Shown here in pieces: positions 9,662-18,817 of a DNA stretch of 64,000 nucleotides (the stretch's first letter is position 1; the number at the start of each line of letters is the position of its first letter). Below the pieces are notes generated by a model. The model was not told the origin of the DNA, made no database searches, and worked only from the letters and a program-made list of their open reading frames with translations. The translations under genes and the position numbers were made by a program. Source of the stretch: Bacillota bacterium (GTDB lineage: Bacteria > Bacillota > JAAYKD01); assembly GCA_963666425.2 (NCBI GenBank), contig OY762825.2:800001-864000 (forward strand), written 5' to 3'.

Positions 9662-10162
9662 TTATTCATATTCTGCGATGATCGATTGAACCTTGTCGGG
9701 GTTCACCTGTTTGTAAACTTTATCATTAATTGTCATGGCAGGTGCTAATCCGCATGCGCCAATACATCTCATCACTTCGAGGGTGAATTTCCCATCCGGT
9801 GTAGTTTCTCCCACATAAATACCGAGCAGTTCCTTTAGCTTGTCGATAATCTTTTTACTTCCTCTGACATAACATGCTGTTCCCAGACAAACCCTGATCG
9901 TGTTTTTACCTCTGGGTTTGGTTGAAAAAAACGAATAGAACGTAACAACCCCGGTCACTTCCGATAAGGGTTTTCCTACCCTCTCCGCGATGAACTGCAT
10001 AAGTTCAATCGGCAGATAGCCATAAATCCCCTGGGCGATATGCAATATCTGAATCAGACTGCCCTCTTGATCACGGTATTCTTCAATCACAGCAGCGATA
10101 CGGTCATACTTTTCCTGGTCGGTTTCTTCTTTGCATGTACATTGGTTCTTCTGTTCGCTCAT
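9662..10162 (-). CDS. NuoE/HydC-like 2Fe-2S subunit
   Basis: VCLGTACYVRG...RCIGACGLAP thioredoxin-like 2Fe-2S motif. Confidence 0.92.
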   Translation of the reverse strand: MSEQKNQCTCKEETDQEKYDRIAAVIEEYRDQEGSLIQILHIAQGIYGYLPIELMQFIAERVGKPLSEVTGVVTFYSFFSTKPRGKNTIRVCLGTACYVRGSKKIIDKLKELLGIYVGETTPDGKFTLEVMRCIGACGLAPAMTINDKVYKQVNPDKVQSIIAEYE

Positions 10163-10553
10163 AATGCCTCCTAAAACTACCTTCAAAGGTAAAATTAACT
10201 AGCCTAGTCAACCACTTTTGCAGCAACATCAAAGCTGAACACCTTTACCCCGCCCCTCCTCATCAGAAGTAAATTCGAAAATCATTTTCCTCTTTTTAAA
10301 CACATTTAAAAAACGGCTGAGACTTCCGTCGCAAATGCTACCATATAATGCCACTAATGTCAAGATAATCTGACTGTTTTTGAAGTTTTTTTTATGTCAA
10401 CCTGCTTGTCGTCTTTTCTCCGGTTCAGAACATTACCTTTCTGATCTTTTAAATTCCGCCTCAAATCACTGATTTCTTTCTGCTTTTTGAATCTTTCAGC
10501 TGTCGCTTTTGAGCTGCTTTGTTACAAAATGACACTTCTCTTTGCTGCACTTA

Positions 10554-10591
10554 AAAAAAGCTTACGGTTTAAGTTACCGCAAGCTTTTTTT
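10554..10591. terminator. Bidirectional intrinsic terminator
   Basis: AAAAAAAGCTTACGG...CCGCAAGCTTTTTTT. Confidence 0.65.
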
Positions 10592-10916
10592 GAGTTAAAA
10601 TGTAGAATTCAGACAATTTCTTAGCCTGTTTATAATTCAAAAAATTATCCTTGATCCAATGAATCGGCAGGACAGTTGACTGCTGCTCCATTGTAATGAG
10701 TACCTGCGTCATCTGTTCCAAATGATACGATATGAGTGTGGTAACGCCAATGACCTCTGCCAGATCATGGATTAAAGGTCACTCACGCATGTCTTGAAAG
10801 ATTATTGCACCAATGAAAAAGACTTTTCCGATGAGATTTCTGTTTCGTGATGGCAGGATGCCATCTGATCAGACATGAGCTGAGCAGCCGAAAGATCCGA
10901 AGTTGGCTCGATAAAT

Positions 10917-11702
10917 CTAGATTGATAACAAAGAACGATAAATCTCCTCATCTTCTTGTTTAAACACATTAAATATGACGCGTTCGATTCCGTTCGCTGC
11001 AGCAAGAAAACGTTTCGTCTCTGTAATCGCTATTTTAGTCGCTTTCAAATTTGGAAAACGGTACTCACCCGTTGCAATGCAACAGAATGCTATACTTTTC
11101 AGCTTGTGTGCCTGTACCAACGTAAGACAAGAACGATAACAGCTTGCCAAATCCTCACAAACTGCTTGGGTCAATTGACCGCGGATTCTCGGTCCAACCG
11201 TATGAATAACATATTTACTGGGCAAATTGTATGCTTTCGTCAGTTTTGCTTGCCCAATCGGTTCATCATATCCCTGTGCGATCATCAGGTGATTACACTC
11301 ATCTCGCAGCTGTAATCCAGCCGCTGAATGGATCGCATTGTCAATACAATCATGACAGGGATAAAAACACCCTAAAAGGCTGCTGTTATCCGCGTCCACG
11401 ATCGCATCCACCTTTAAACGCGTGATGTCTCCTTGCCAAATCACAAGCTGTGAATCTGATGTAGTCGGTAAGTGCATCGCATCGACCACGCCTTTTTCTT
11501 CTCGTTCAATCAAAAGCAATTCATCCTGTAAATGCAGGAAATTGGCCTGCAGTGGCCTTGGCGTGCGCACGTTCATCAGAGAACGCAGCAACTTGCGCTG
11601 CAAGACAGCATTCTCAGAAAATTGAACCATTTGATCCTGATATTGCGGCATCTCATCAAGTAATAGCCGGATTAATTCTTTCATTAGTATGAGGCTTTCC
11701 AT
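10917..11702 (-). CDS. Zn-macrodomain protein ADP-ribose hydrolase (SirTM-associated type)
   Basis: WQGDIT, GCFYPCHDCIDNAIHSAAG (CxxxHxC Zn loop), HTVGP, IAFCCIATG; N-terminal RSLMNVR extension. Confidence 0.9.
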   Translation of the reverse strand: MESLILMKELIRLLLDEMPQYQDQMVQFSENAVLQRKLLRSLMNVRTPRPLQANFLHLQDELLLIEREEKGVVDAMHLPTTSDSQLVIWQGDITRLKVDAIVDADNSSLLGCFYPCHDCIDNAIHSAAGLQLRDECNHLMIAQGYDEPIGQAKLTKAYNLPSKYVIHTVGPRIRGQLTQAVCEDLASCYRSCLTLVQAHKLKSIAFCCIATGEYRFPNLKATKIAITETKRFLAAANGIERVIFNVFKQEDEEIYRSLLSI

Positions 11703-11780
11703 AAAGTATCCCTGCGCAATCCGATTCTTGCTTCCCTCGCAAAAGTTCTCTATCCATCGGCGAAAGTTTTTTTGCCTTGC

Positions 11781-12413
11781 TTAACGAATAAAGTTCGTGT
11801 AAATTGTTGCTTCCTGTGTGGGTAAAGCAATTCCGTTTTTCAAACCTGCTTGCTTGCATTTTAAGAAGAATGCCATATTACGGCCAAGCGTTCTCATAAT
11901 CTGCAGGCCTTCCAAATCCTTTTTTACCTGATCCGGGGTCGAGCCATGAACCATATTCCAATATTGTGATGAAATAACCGGCATTTGCATGATTCCGAAG
12001 TATTTGTTTAGTTGATCATAAGCGGCTGTGCTGCCTGATCTTCTAGCCGAAATTACACATGCCGCTGGTTTCAAATAAAAAGAATGGGTTCCGCTGCATA
12101 AATCTGTATAAAATACCCGATCCAGAAAAGATGTAATTGCTCCTCCCGCAGCAGCGAAATGCACCGGAGAACCGAAAATAAAACCATCGTAATCTTTTGC
12201 TATGCTTAAGAATTCATTCACTCGATCGTCGAATACACAGCGTTTTTTCGTTGCACAAGTTTTGCAAGCGATACAGCCATTGAGCGGCTTATTGCCAATC
12301 CAGAAAATTTCTGCTTCAATTTCCTCTTTGATCAAAGTATCTGCCAGTTCTTTTAAGGCGGTATAGGTACATCCTTCTTGATGGGGACTTCCATTAACCA
12401 AAATGACTTTCAT
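11781..12413 (-). CDS. Multimeric flavodoxin / iron-sulfur flavoprotein
   Basis: NGSPH, GCIACKTC...C, FGSPVHF. Confidence 0.88.
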   Translation of the reverse strand: MKVILVNGSPHQEGCTYTALKELADTLIKEEIEAEIFWIGNKPLNGCIACKTCATKKRCVFDDRVNEFLSIAKDYDGFIFGSPVHFAAAGGAITSFLDRVFYTDLCSGTHSFYLKPAACVISARRSGSTAAYDQLNKYFGIMQMPVISSQYWNMVHGSTPDQVKKDLEGLQIMRTLGRNMAFFLKCKQAGLKNGIALPTQEATIYTNFIR

Positions 12414-12442
12414 AATCTCTACCTCTTTTTTTCCCTTTATTT

Positions 12443-13318
12443 TTAGCATGATTGCTTTTCTACAGTATTGGCTCTTTTTAGGAGAGTATCAACGATCATT
12501 TGCATATTTTCGTTAAAGGCAATTGTTTTACTCGTGTTTTCCTTTACACCCATCGGATAGTCTCTATTGACCCGAATAAGAACAGACTTGTCAGTTTGAT
12601 AGGTCATCTGCTCAAAAGGATAGCGGATGATACTAGGCGTGTTATAGCCAACACCCAAATCAAGAAAAACAGTTTCACGATCTGCTATTTGACTTAAAAA
12701 TTGTTCGTAACGTTCTTTCGCCTTATACCATTTGGCATCTTGTACAAAAAAAGCATTGTGCCGCACATTGATATCCATTTCGCCGCCACAGACCGGACAC
12801 TTGGGGATTAATTCCAGTGGTATTTTACATTCTTTTGTTTTAGCCAGCATTTGCTTGATCAATTCTTCGTTATCATAAAGCTTATCATGACAACCTACAG
12901 CGCATTGCAGAAAAGCATAATCCCCTTGAACCGCAAAAATTGTCTCCTGCAGGAAACCTGCTTTTATAAACTGCGCTTCTACATTGGTTGTTAGGATAAA
13001 ATAAGCTTTCTTTTGAACCAGCTGCAGCAAATTCTGGTAGAGTTTGGTAGCAGGCTGTGAAAAACGATTGACATCGATATGACGCGCCCAATGTGCCCAG
13101 TGTTCAGCTGGCGTTTGAAACGGATAAAATGTAGCTGCATACATATCTTTTATGCCATATTTCACAATGAAATCAGCGAAATTATCTGTAAAACGTTCAC
13201 CGGAATAGGTCAATCCCGCCGCAGCAGATAAGCCGGCACCCGCACCAATTAAAATGTAATCAGCATTTTGCAATGCTTTTTGAGCGGCTATCAGCCTCTG
13301 TTCATAATCGTACATCAA
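12443..13318 (-). CDS. Class M sirtuin (SirTM-like NAD-dependent protein ADP-ribosyltransferase)
   Basis: IGAGAGLSAAAG, TTNVE, VQGDY (Gln in place of the catalytic His), CxxxC...CPVC, GVGYNTP; co-operonic with a Zn-macrodomain. Confidence 0.85.
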   Translation of the reverse strand: MMYDYEQRLIAAQKALQNADYILIGAGAGLSAAAGLTYSGERFTDNFADFIVKYGIKDMYAATFYPFQTPAEHWAHWARHIDVNRFSQPATKLYQNLLQLVQKKAYFILTTNVEAQFIKAGFLQETIFAVQGDYAFLQCAVGCHDKLYDNEELIKQMLAKTKECKIPLELIPKCPVCGGEMDINVRHNAFFVQDAKWYKAKERYEQFLSQIADRETVFLDLGVGYNTPSIIRYPFEQMTYQTDKSVLIRVNRDYPMGVKENTSKTIAFNENMQMIVDTLLKRANTVEKQSC

Positions 13319-13319
13319 T

Positions 13320-13937
13320 TTATTCCTTTACATCGAGTAAACTATCTTCGAATCCACTATAGCGGATTCGATCTTCTTGACGAGGTTTCGCTGCCACTTT
13401 GCTATCACTTAATGAATAACCCAAAATAACATGGGCTATCGCCGCATAATCGGTTGGAATCTCCCAATCGCTCAGCAATTGCTGCCCTTCCTCACAGGAG
13501 AAAGTTTCCTTTGCTCTTGCAATGAAGCAAGAGCCGACATGAAAACTTTGAGCGGCTAACATAATATTCTGTGCCATCATACAGCAATCCGCTTCACTGT
13601 AAAGAAAGTCTTTTGGTCCGAACAGTGTTAGTAATGTCGGTGCGCCATAAAAACCGTCAGTGATAGCCGGATCATCGGCGATGCTGGGCTGATTCTTTGA
13701 AATATACACTGTTGCGGTTGAAATTCGTCCCTTGAACGAAGCGGCGTTATATTTGCCCAGCTTCTTAATGAGGCCAGGGTTTTGACAAACTCCAATTATC
13801 CCAGATTGACGGCTGCCTGCACTGGGGGCATACAATCCAGTTTCAAGGATTTGTTTCAGAATGATATTTTCAATCTGATTGGTTTTGTATTTTCGAATTG
13901 AGCGGCGTTCGATCATATTGGTGATGACTGTATTCAC
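13320..13937 (-). CDS. Nitroreductase family protein
   Basis: RRSIRKY, YAPSAG, NIMLAA..GSC; GTG start at 13937 inferred. Confidence 0.88.
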   Translation of the reverse strand: MNTVITNMIERRSIRKYKTNQIENIILKQILETGLYAPSAGSRQSGIIGVCQNPGLIKKLGKYNAASFKGRISTATVYISKNQPSIADDPAITDGFYGAPTLLTLFGPKDFLYSEADCCMMAQNIMLAAQSFHVGSCFIARAKETFSCEEGQQLLSDWEIPTDYAAIAHVILGYSLSDSKVAAKPRQEDRIRYSGFEDSLLDVKE

Positions 13938-13950
13938 AATACTCACTTCC

Positions 13951-14110
13951 TCATTTTCGTTTGATTGCCTGCACGGGACAATTTTCATAACAATATCCGC
14001 AATGCAGGGTCAATAATATGGACCTGGGGATTGCTATTTTCATCGACCGTAGCAAAAGACGCTTCGATAATCCGCTTTAAAATCTGCAGGCATTCTCTTG
14101 CTTCCATCAT
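13951..14110 (-). pseudogene. Internally deleted pyridoxamine-5'-phosphate-oxidase-like / 4Fe-4S protein
   Basis: N-terminus MMEARECLQILKRIIEASFATVDENSNPQVHIID joined out of frame to a ferredoxin tail LHCGYCYENCPVQAIKRK*. Confidence 0.65.
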
Positions 14111-15150
14111 GCGTCCGCTTTGACCTCTTTCCAGCATTGTGGGTCAGGAGCATACATATTGCCTGTATAGCCAAAAGCAACCGCAGGACAGCCACGGCAT
14201 AACTGGAATAACTCACACCTTGAGCATTTTTCGAATTTCTTATAGTCGCGGTAACAATCGAGCTCATGCCCGGTAAACAAATCATACATAGAAGCTTCAA
14301 ACACATTTCCTATTTTACTATTCATTCGACGGCAAGCGAAAACATCTCCAGATGGTAAAATAGTGATGTGATCACTGCCGCAGTGACAGCCATCATAGAT
14401 TGTGTCGCAATCCATCCCTGCTGGTAAATTGAAGATGTTTTTTTCATAAAGGTATAGCGTCCAAAGATGATCTTTCAGTTGAAAGGTAGTGTCACAGTCT
14501 TTGTATTCTGCATATTTAGACCATATTTTGTCAAGAAAAGCTTGATAAGCAAGCGGCTCTATATGGTATTCTTCACTTTTTTGTTCGCTTGTTGGGCAGT
14601 AACGGCCAAAAGTAAATACATCTGCATGATGAGCCACCACTGTGTCAATCAATTCTGGAAATTCGTTGATGTTCTTGCAGGATACCGTGCTCATTATAGC
14701 ACAGTACATACCCGCTTTTTGAATGCAGCTGATTTTTTCGAGTGTAGTATAAAATGAACCTGGTTTGCGGAACAAATCATGTGTTTCGCGCATGCCATCC
14801 AGAGAGAGTTGGTACTTTTTGCAGCCATAATGTACGAGCCAATTGCAAACATCATCATTCAGATGAAATGGATTACCAAGAATACCAAAATCAATGCTCT
14901 GTTTTTTAAGCAACATACATAGCATCCAAAAGTCCTTGTGCAGAATTGGGTCACCACCTGTAATATAAAAATACGGAGTACGCTTCAGCTTTACACACAT
15001 CTCCATACAACTGGCAACAACTTTTTCCATGTCTTCATAAACCACACTTTTGAGACAGATGTTGTTTTTTTCAGAAAAAATATAGCAGTGCTGACAGCGC
15101 TGATCACATTCATCGGTGATATGCCACTGAAAGGCAAAATAGGGATACAA
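14107..15150 (-). CDS. acgM: Radical SAM/SPASM peptide maturase, ACGX system
   Basis: FQWHITDECDQRCQHC, TGGDP, GCHCG...CRR...CSRCELFQLCRGCP...DPQCW SPASM domain; adjacent to the ACGX peptide; TTG start after GGAGG. Confidence 0.85.
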   Translation of the reverse strand: MYPYFAFQWHITDECDQRCQHCYIFSEKNNICLKSVVYEDMEKVVASCMEMCVKLKRTPYFYITGGDPILHKDFWMLCMLLKKQSIDFGILGNPFHLNDDVCNWLVHYGCKKYQLSLDGMRETHDLFRKPGSFYTTLEKISCIQKAGMYCAIMSTVSCKNINEFPELIDTVVAHHADVFTFGRYCPTSEQKSEEYHIEPLAYQAFLDKIWSKYAEYKDCDTTFQLKDHLWTLYLYEKNIFNLPAGMDCDTIYDGCHCGSDHITILPSGDVFACRRMNSKIGNVFEASMYDLFTGHELDCYRDYKKFEKCSRCELFQLCRGCPAVAFGYTGNMYAPDPQCWKEVKADA

Positions 15151-15200
15151 GATAGAACCTCCGATCATTATCTCAACGCTTGAAATCAAGCGATCGATTC

Positions 15201-15243
15201 AGGAATTTCTCAACTTCTCAATGATTGGGAAGTTGAGAACCTG
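15201..15243 (-). promoter_or_regulatory. Strong hairpin between precursor and maturase genes
   Basis: TTCTCAACTTC(T)CAAT-G-ATTG(G)GAAGTTGAGAA inverted repeat with no U-tract on the sense strand. Confidence 0.6.
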
Positions 15244-15272
15244 TGAGCAGCACGATCAATCTAAGTGCTGTC

Positions 15273-15482
15273 CTATTTCTTTTTTGGATCCGCTGCACCA
15301 CAGGCTGATGCCGGCGCTTTCTTTTCCGGGTCCGCTGCACCACAGGCTGATGCCGGCGCTTTCTTTTCCGGGTCCGCTGCACCACAGGCTGATGCCGGCG
15401 CTTTCTTTTCCGGGTCCGCTGCACCACAGGCTGATGCCGGCGCTTTCTTTTCTAAGTCGGAATCAAACAATGCAAATTTCAT
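15273..15482 (-). CDS. acgA: ACGX-repeat peptide (radical SAM target)
   Basis: MKFALFDSDL followed by 4x EKKAPASACGAADP; GGAGG RBS; upstream of the rSAM/SPASM gene. Confidence 0.85.
   Translation of the reverse strand: MKFALFDSDLEKKAPASACGAADPEKKAPASACGAADPEKKAPASACGAADPEKKAPASACGAADPKKK
15287..15452. repeat. Four tandem 42-bp coding repeats within acgA
   Basis: GGTCCGCTGCACCACAGGCTGATGCCGGCGCTTTCTTTTCCG unit, nearly identical copies. Confidence 0.95.
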
Positions 15483-15698
15483 ATAATTACCTCCACTGAT
15501 CTGTTTACAAGATTTTTATCTTGCTATCTATAAATATACAGGGACGATGACATTTCCACAAGTATGCACTAATCTATTACATAGTTACTTTTTGTAACCA
15601 ATGAATTGGCTCTTGCGTGCTTTGATGACTTGCTTTATAATAACAGTATGGTAGCCGTTAAAATTTGACATTGCATTCAGTACTAAGGAGATATTAAG

Positions 15699-16028
15699 AT
15701 GCTTACAAAAGAAGAAATGCCAGCTTGCCCGGTGGCAACAACGGTACAATTGATCGGAAGCAAATGGAAACTACTAATAATGCGCAATTTACTAGGTGGA
15801 ATGCAGCGTTTTGGTGAACTGAGAAAAACGATACCCGGTATCAGTTCTAAAGTATTGACAGACAGCCTTCGTTCCATGGAAGCAGATGGCATTGTTAAGC
15901 GTGTTGTCTACGCCGAAGTACCTCCACGCGTAGAATACTCATTAAGCGAGCTTGGCGAGAGCATGCGGCCGATCATCAAGTCAATGGAAGCTTGGGGAGC
16001 AAACTACAAAGATTCGTTTCTTATTTAA
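15699..16028 (+). CDS. HxlR-family winged-helix transcriptional regulator
   Basis: CPVATT..IGSKWKLLI...YAEVPPRVEYSLS; N-terminal Cys typical of redox-sensing HxlR/YodB proteins. Confidence 0.92.
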   Translation: MLTKEEMPACPVATTVQLIGSKWKLLIMRNLLGGMQRFGELRKTIPGISSKVLTDSLRSMEADGIVKRVVYAEVPPRVEYSLSELGESMRPIIKSMEAWGANYKDSFLI

Positions 16029-16427
16029 TCAATGAAGTACTAAACAAGCTGATAAAAAGCGCTCACTTCCTTTTTTGTAGTGTCACACCCATTGACAAAA
16101 GGATGATTCACCTTTCCCGAATTTCTTTACCAATTTTTACTTGGCTTCCTTCTACGGCTGGATACGCTCTACAGTTTTGATCTTCTCTTCTGATGTTGCT
16201 TTCGCTTTGTAGATAATAATAGCTCCCCATTGTGTAGTCTCGAACTTTTGTTATTTCGAGTGTCTACTCTATGGGGAGCATATCATTTTACAGTTACTTC
16301 GCTCTGTTTTCGGATTTGTTTTGCATCAGTTTTCTTATTCACCTGAAGTCTTGATCTTTGTTATTTTAACTCTGTTTCTTTGTGGCTTGCGGGTTTTAAG
16401 CAGATAGCAGCAGATAATCTCTGAGAC

Positions 16428-18320
16428 TTAATTTTTGACTAATTCAATTTCTGAAAGCACAACCGAGCCGTCTAGTCCGCTGGTGCCGATCGCGTAAACT
16501 TTCGTTGCACCGGTCTGGTCGATAAAACTAATCGCTCTTGTTGGTAAAACCCCGGGGAAACTCACCCAGACTACCAGAGGGAGATCTTTAGTAAAGTTTG
16601 GTATGAGATAGAGCGCCTTGTTTTCGATGAAACGCAGCGTGTTGGTATCTGCTTCGTTGAAACTGATGTCCAGAAATTTAAAATTCGTCAAGGCAGTGTT
16701 CGCGGTGATCAGGATCCTCTGGGCGTAATCATCCTGAGGCACTCCGAATTCGTTGTAAGATTCGTATTGGCTTAAAAGTTCCTCCGTGGCATAGTCAGCA
16801 AAAACGACGCGATCGGCCTCAAGATATTTTTGATACAATTTCATAGTCGCTGCAGTGTAGGCATTGCCATATTGCTCCAGCATGATCGCCGTACCGTACT
16901 CTTGCGTGATGATTTCTGTATTCGTGACGCAGATATGCCGCCACTCCGCTGCTTCAGAACCATGGTAGAGCAGCAGGTAAGGCTGACCAACGCTGCTTGC
17001 TTCGGTAAGCCATTTCTCGCCAGCAATCTCCTGAACATTCATACCGCCAACCAAAACGCTGTCAACATCACCCGCCGTAAGCAGACGATATTCCAGCCTG
17101 TACAAGTTCAAACTATAGTTCTGTGATGCCGTGCCGGTGTTCATCTGCGTCAGCCCGTTGATTTTGGCTGCCGTAATCGAAACCCCCGGAGCAATTTCAG
17201 ACCACGCCGCACGATCAGACTCAATCTGCTGCCAAACGTATTGTTTTGCATCCGTTCTGACAGCTTCCGGAATGCTGTCATCCACTTCGACTACGATTGC
17301 CGCCGCATCAGCGATCCATGGCAGCGCTTTCTCTTTTGCTCCCGTAAAGGTGCAGTAGACGGCGACAGCGGCGATGACTAAAACGGTGACCAGGGTGTAG
17401 ATGGCCATTTTCGGCTTTTTAGCAATCCGAGTGATCCGCTCCTTGATGCTCTGGGGGCTGCTCGTCATGGTGGTAGCCGTCACTAAAAAAGCTGCGCGTT
17501 TTTTGCAGGTCATATCGATCAGCGTACGACCGTATTCGGCACGGGCAGCTTCGCCGATGCGCTTGATGGTGCCTTCATCACAAGCCAGTTCCGCGTCCTG
17601 GCGCGAAAGCCTTGCCGCCCACCAGACAAATGGGTTATACCAATGCAAAGCAAGACTAATGCCGCGTAAGGCAGCCCAAACATGATCCCCATGATAGAAA
17701 TGGGTCGTCTCATGAGCCACACTATGCCGAAACAGAATCGCGTTTTCAGCGGCTTCGGGTGTAAGATAAATTGCCGGAGCGAAAAGGCCAAACAGACAGG
17801 GCGTCTCAACTACTGCGGTAACATAGATGGGCAGGCGTGCGTCCTGGCTGGGTAAAGGTCGGCGCGTCCTGCGTAAACGAATGGCAAAGCGTCCGTTCGC
17901 AACAGCGAAAACAACAAAAAAGAGTGCCGTACCGCCGAACCAGATCGGTCTCAGCAGTTTGCGTAAGACCAGTAATGTTTCCAGACGCGTATATTCTTCC
18001 GCTGTTCTATTTTTCGCAATGACAGTTGGGAAATTTCGCAGGAGATCCGCCGGGAAATAACCTGCTACGCTGCCATCGGGCTGATGCTCTATTTGTTCTA
18101 CCACACTGATGCTTTCTGCATCCTGCACGACAAGCATCTTTTCCACTGCGTTCATCACGCTCAAGCTGCTGTTCCAGAGGCTGAACGGGACGAGCAGCCG
18201 CAGGAGTACAAGTCCCCAGAGAGCGTATTGCAGCCGCAGACTAATTTTACCTTTTAAAAGAGAGCGCAGCAGGATGATCAGCGCAATCAAAATGCACGAG
18301 GTCAGAATCCATTCAATCAT
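16428..18320 (-). CDS. BlaR1/MecR1-type M56 metallopeptidase with a non-PBP extracellular domain
   Basis: YALWGLVLLRLLVP, AHETTH, LHWYNPFVW, ELACD. Confidence 0.9.
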   Translation of the reverse strand: MIEWILTSCILIALIILLRSLLKGKISLRLQYALWGLVLLRLLVPFSLWNSSLSVMNAVEKMLVVQDAESISVVEQIEHQPDGSVAGYFPADLLRNFPTVIAKNRTAEEYTRLETLLVLRKLLRPIWFGGTALFFVVFAVANGRFAIRLRRTRRPLPSQDARLPIYVTAVVETPCLFGLFAPAIYLTPEAAENAILFRHSVAHETTHFYHGDHVWAALRGISLALHWYNPFVWWAARLSRQDAELACDEGTIKRIGEAARAEYGRTLIDMTCKKRAAFLVTATTMTSSPQSIKERITRIAKKPKMAIYTLVTVLVIAAVAVYCTFTGAKEKALPWIADAAAIVVEVDDSIPEAVRTDAKQYVWQQIESDRAAWSEIAPGVSITAAKINGLTQMNTGTASQNYSLNLYRLEYRLLTAGDVDSVLVGGMNVQEIAGEKWLTEASSVGQPYLLLYHGSEAAEWRHICVTNTEIITQEYGTAIMLEQYGNAYTAATMKLYQKYLEADRVVFADYATEELLSQYESYNEFGVPQDDYAQRILITANTALTNFKFLDISFNEADTNTLRFIENKALYLIPNFTKDLPLVVWVSFPGVLPTRAISFIDQTGATKVYAIGTSGLDGSVVLSEIELVKN

Positions 18321-18706
18321 CTCTGTTCATCTCCCTCCATTTTTCGTAAAATTGCATACAATTCGTCAATCTCTTCCTGCGGCAGCGCCTGCTTTTTGGT
18401 CAGCGAACTGACCAAAAGGCTAAGGCTGCCCTGATAAACGCGGCCAATAAAATCTTCGGTTTCCTGCCGAACGGCATCCTCTCTACGAATGAGCGGTCGA
18501 AAAGATTTCATACCGCCTTCGCTGCTGCTGAAAACCGCTCCTTTTGTTTCCATGCGGCGCAGCAATGTTAGGGTTGTGCTGCGATTCCACCCCATGCGCT
18601 CCTGCAGCCACTCCGTTGCTTCGCGGCCTGTCCTGGGTGCTTTTTGCCATAGACATTCCATGACACTCCATTCAGCCGATGTCAGGTTTAATTTCTGACT
18701 ACTCAT
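18317..18706 (-). CDS. BlaI/MecI/CopY-family repressor
   Basis: LTSAEWSVMECLW...WNRSTTLTLLRRMETKG. Confidence 0.92.
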   Translation of the reverse strand: MSSQKLNLTSAEWSVMECLWQKAPRTGREATEWLQERMGWNRSTTLTLLRRMETKGAVFSSSEGGMKSFRPLIRREDAVRQETEDFIGRVYQGSLSLLVSSLTKKQALPQEEIDELYAILRKMEGDEQR

Positions 18707-18723
18707 CGAATCACACTCCTCAT

Positions 18724-18773
18724 TGTTTACGCCTGTAAACACAGTATAGTCTGCTTGTTTACAATTGTCAACA
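18724..18773 (-). promoter_or_regulatory. BlaI-type operator pair overlapping a sigma-A promoter
   Basis: Palindromes TGTTTAC-N4-GTAAACA and TGTTTAC-N4-GTCAACA; TTGACA-17-TATACT. Confidence 0.75.
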
Positions 18774-18817
18774 AGGAAAGCAGAAATTTCATGAAATTTG
18801 TTTCTGATTTCAAGAGT

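Noticed and set aside
10510-10540. Rex operator upstream of the hydrogenase operon
   Set aside because: Only one half-site (TTGTTA) matches; insufficient support
15287-15452. Possible CRISPR array
   Set aside because: Units are contiguous with no unique spacers, 42 bp keeps the reading frame of acgA, and no cas genes are present
15218-15499. Alternative-frame repeat ORFs (69, 92 and 73 aa)
   Set aside because: Shadows of the coding repeat; only the ACG frame has a good RBS and matches the operon orientation
16221-16285. Inverted repeat GCTCCCCAT...ATGGGGAGC
   Set aside because: Resembles a solo IS3-type end or terminator, but no transposase sequence is adjacent to support a call
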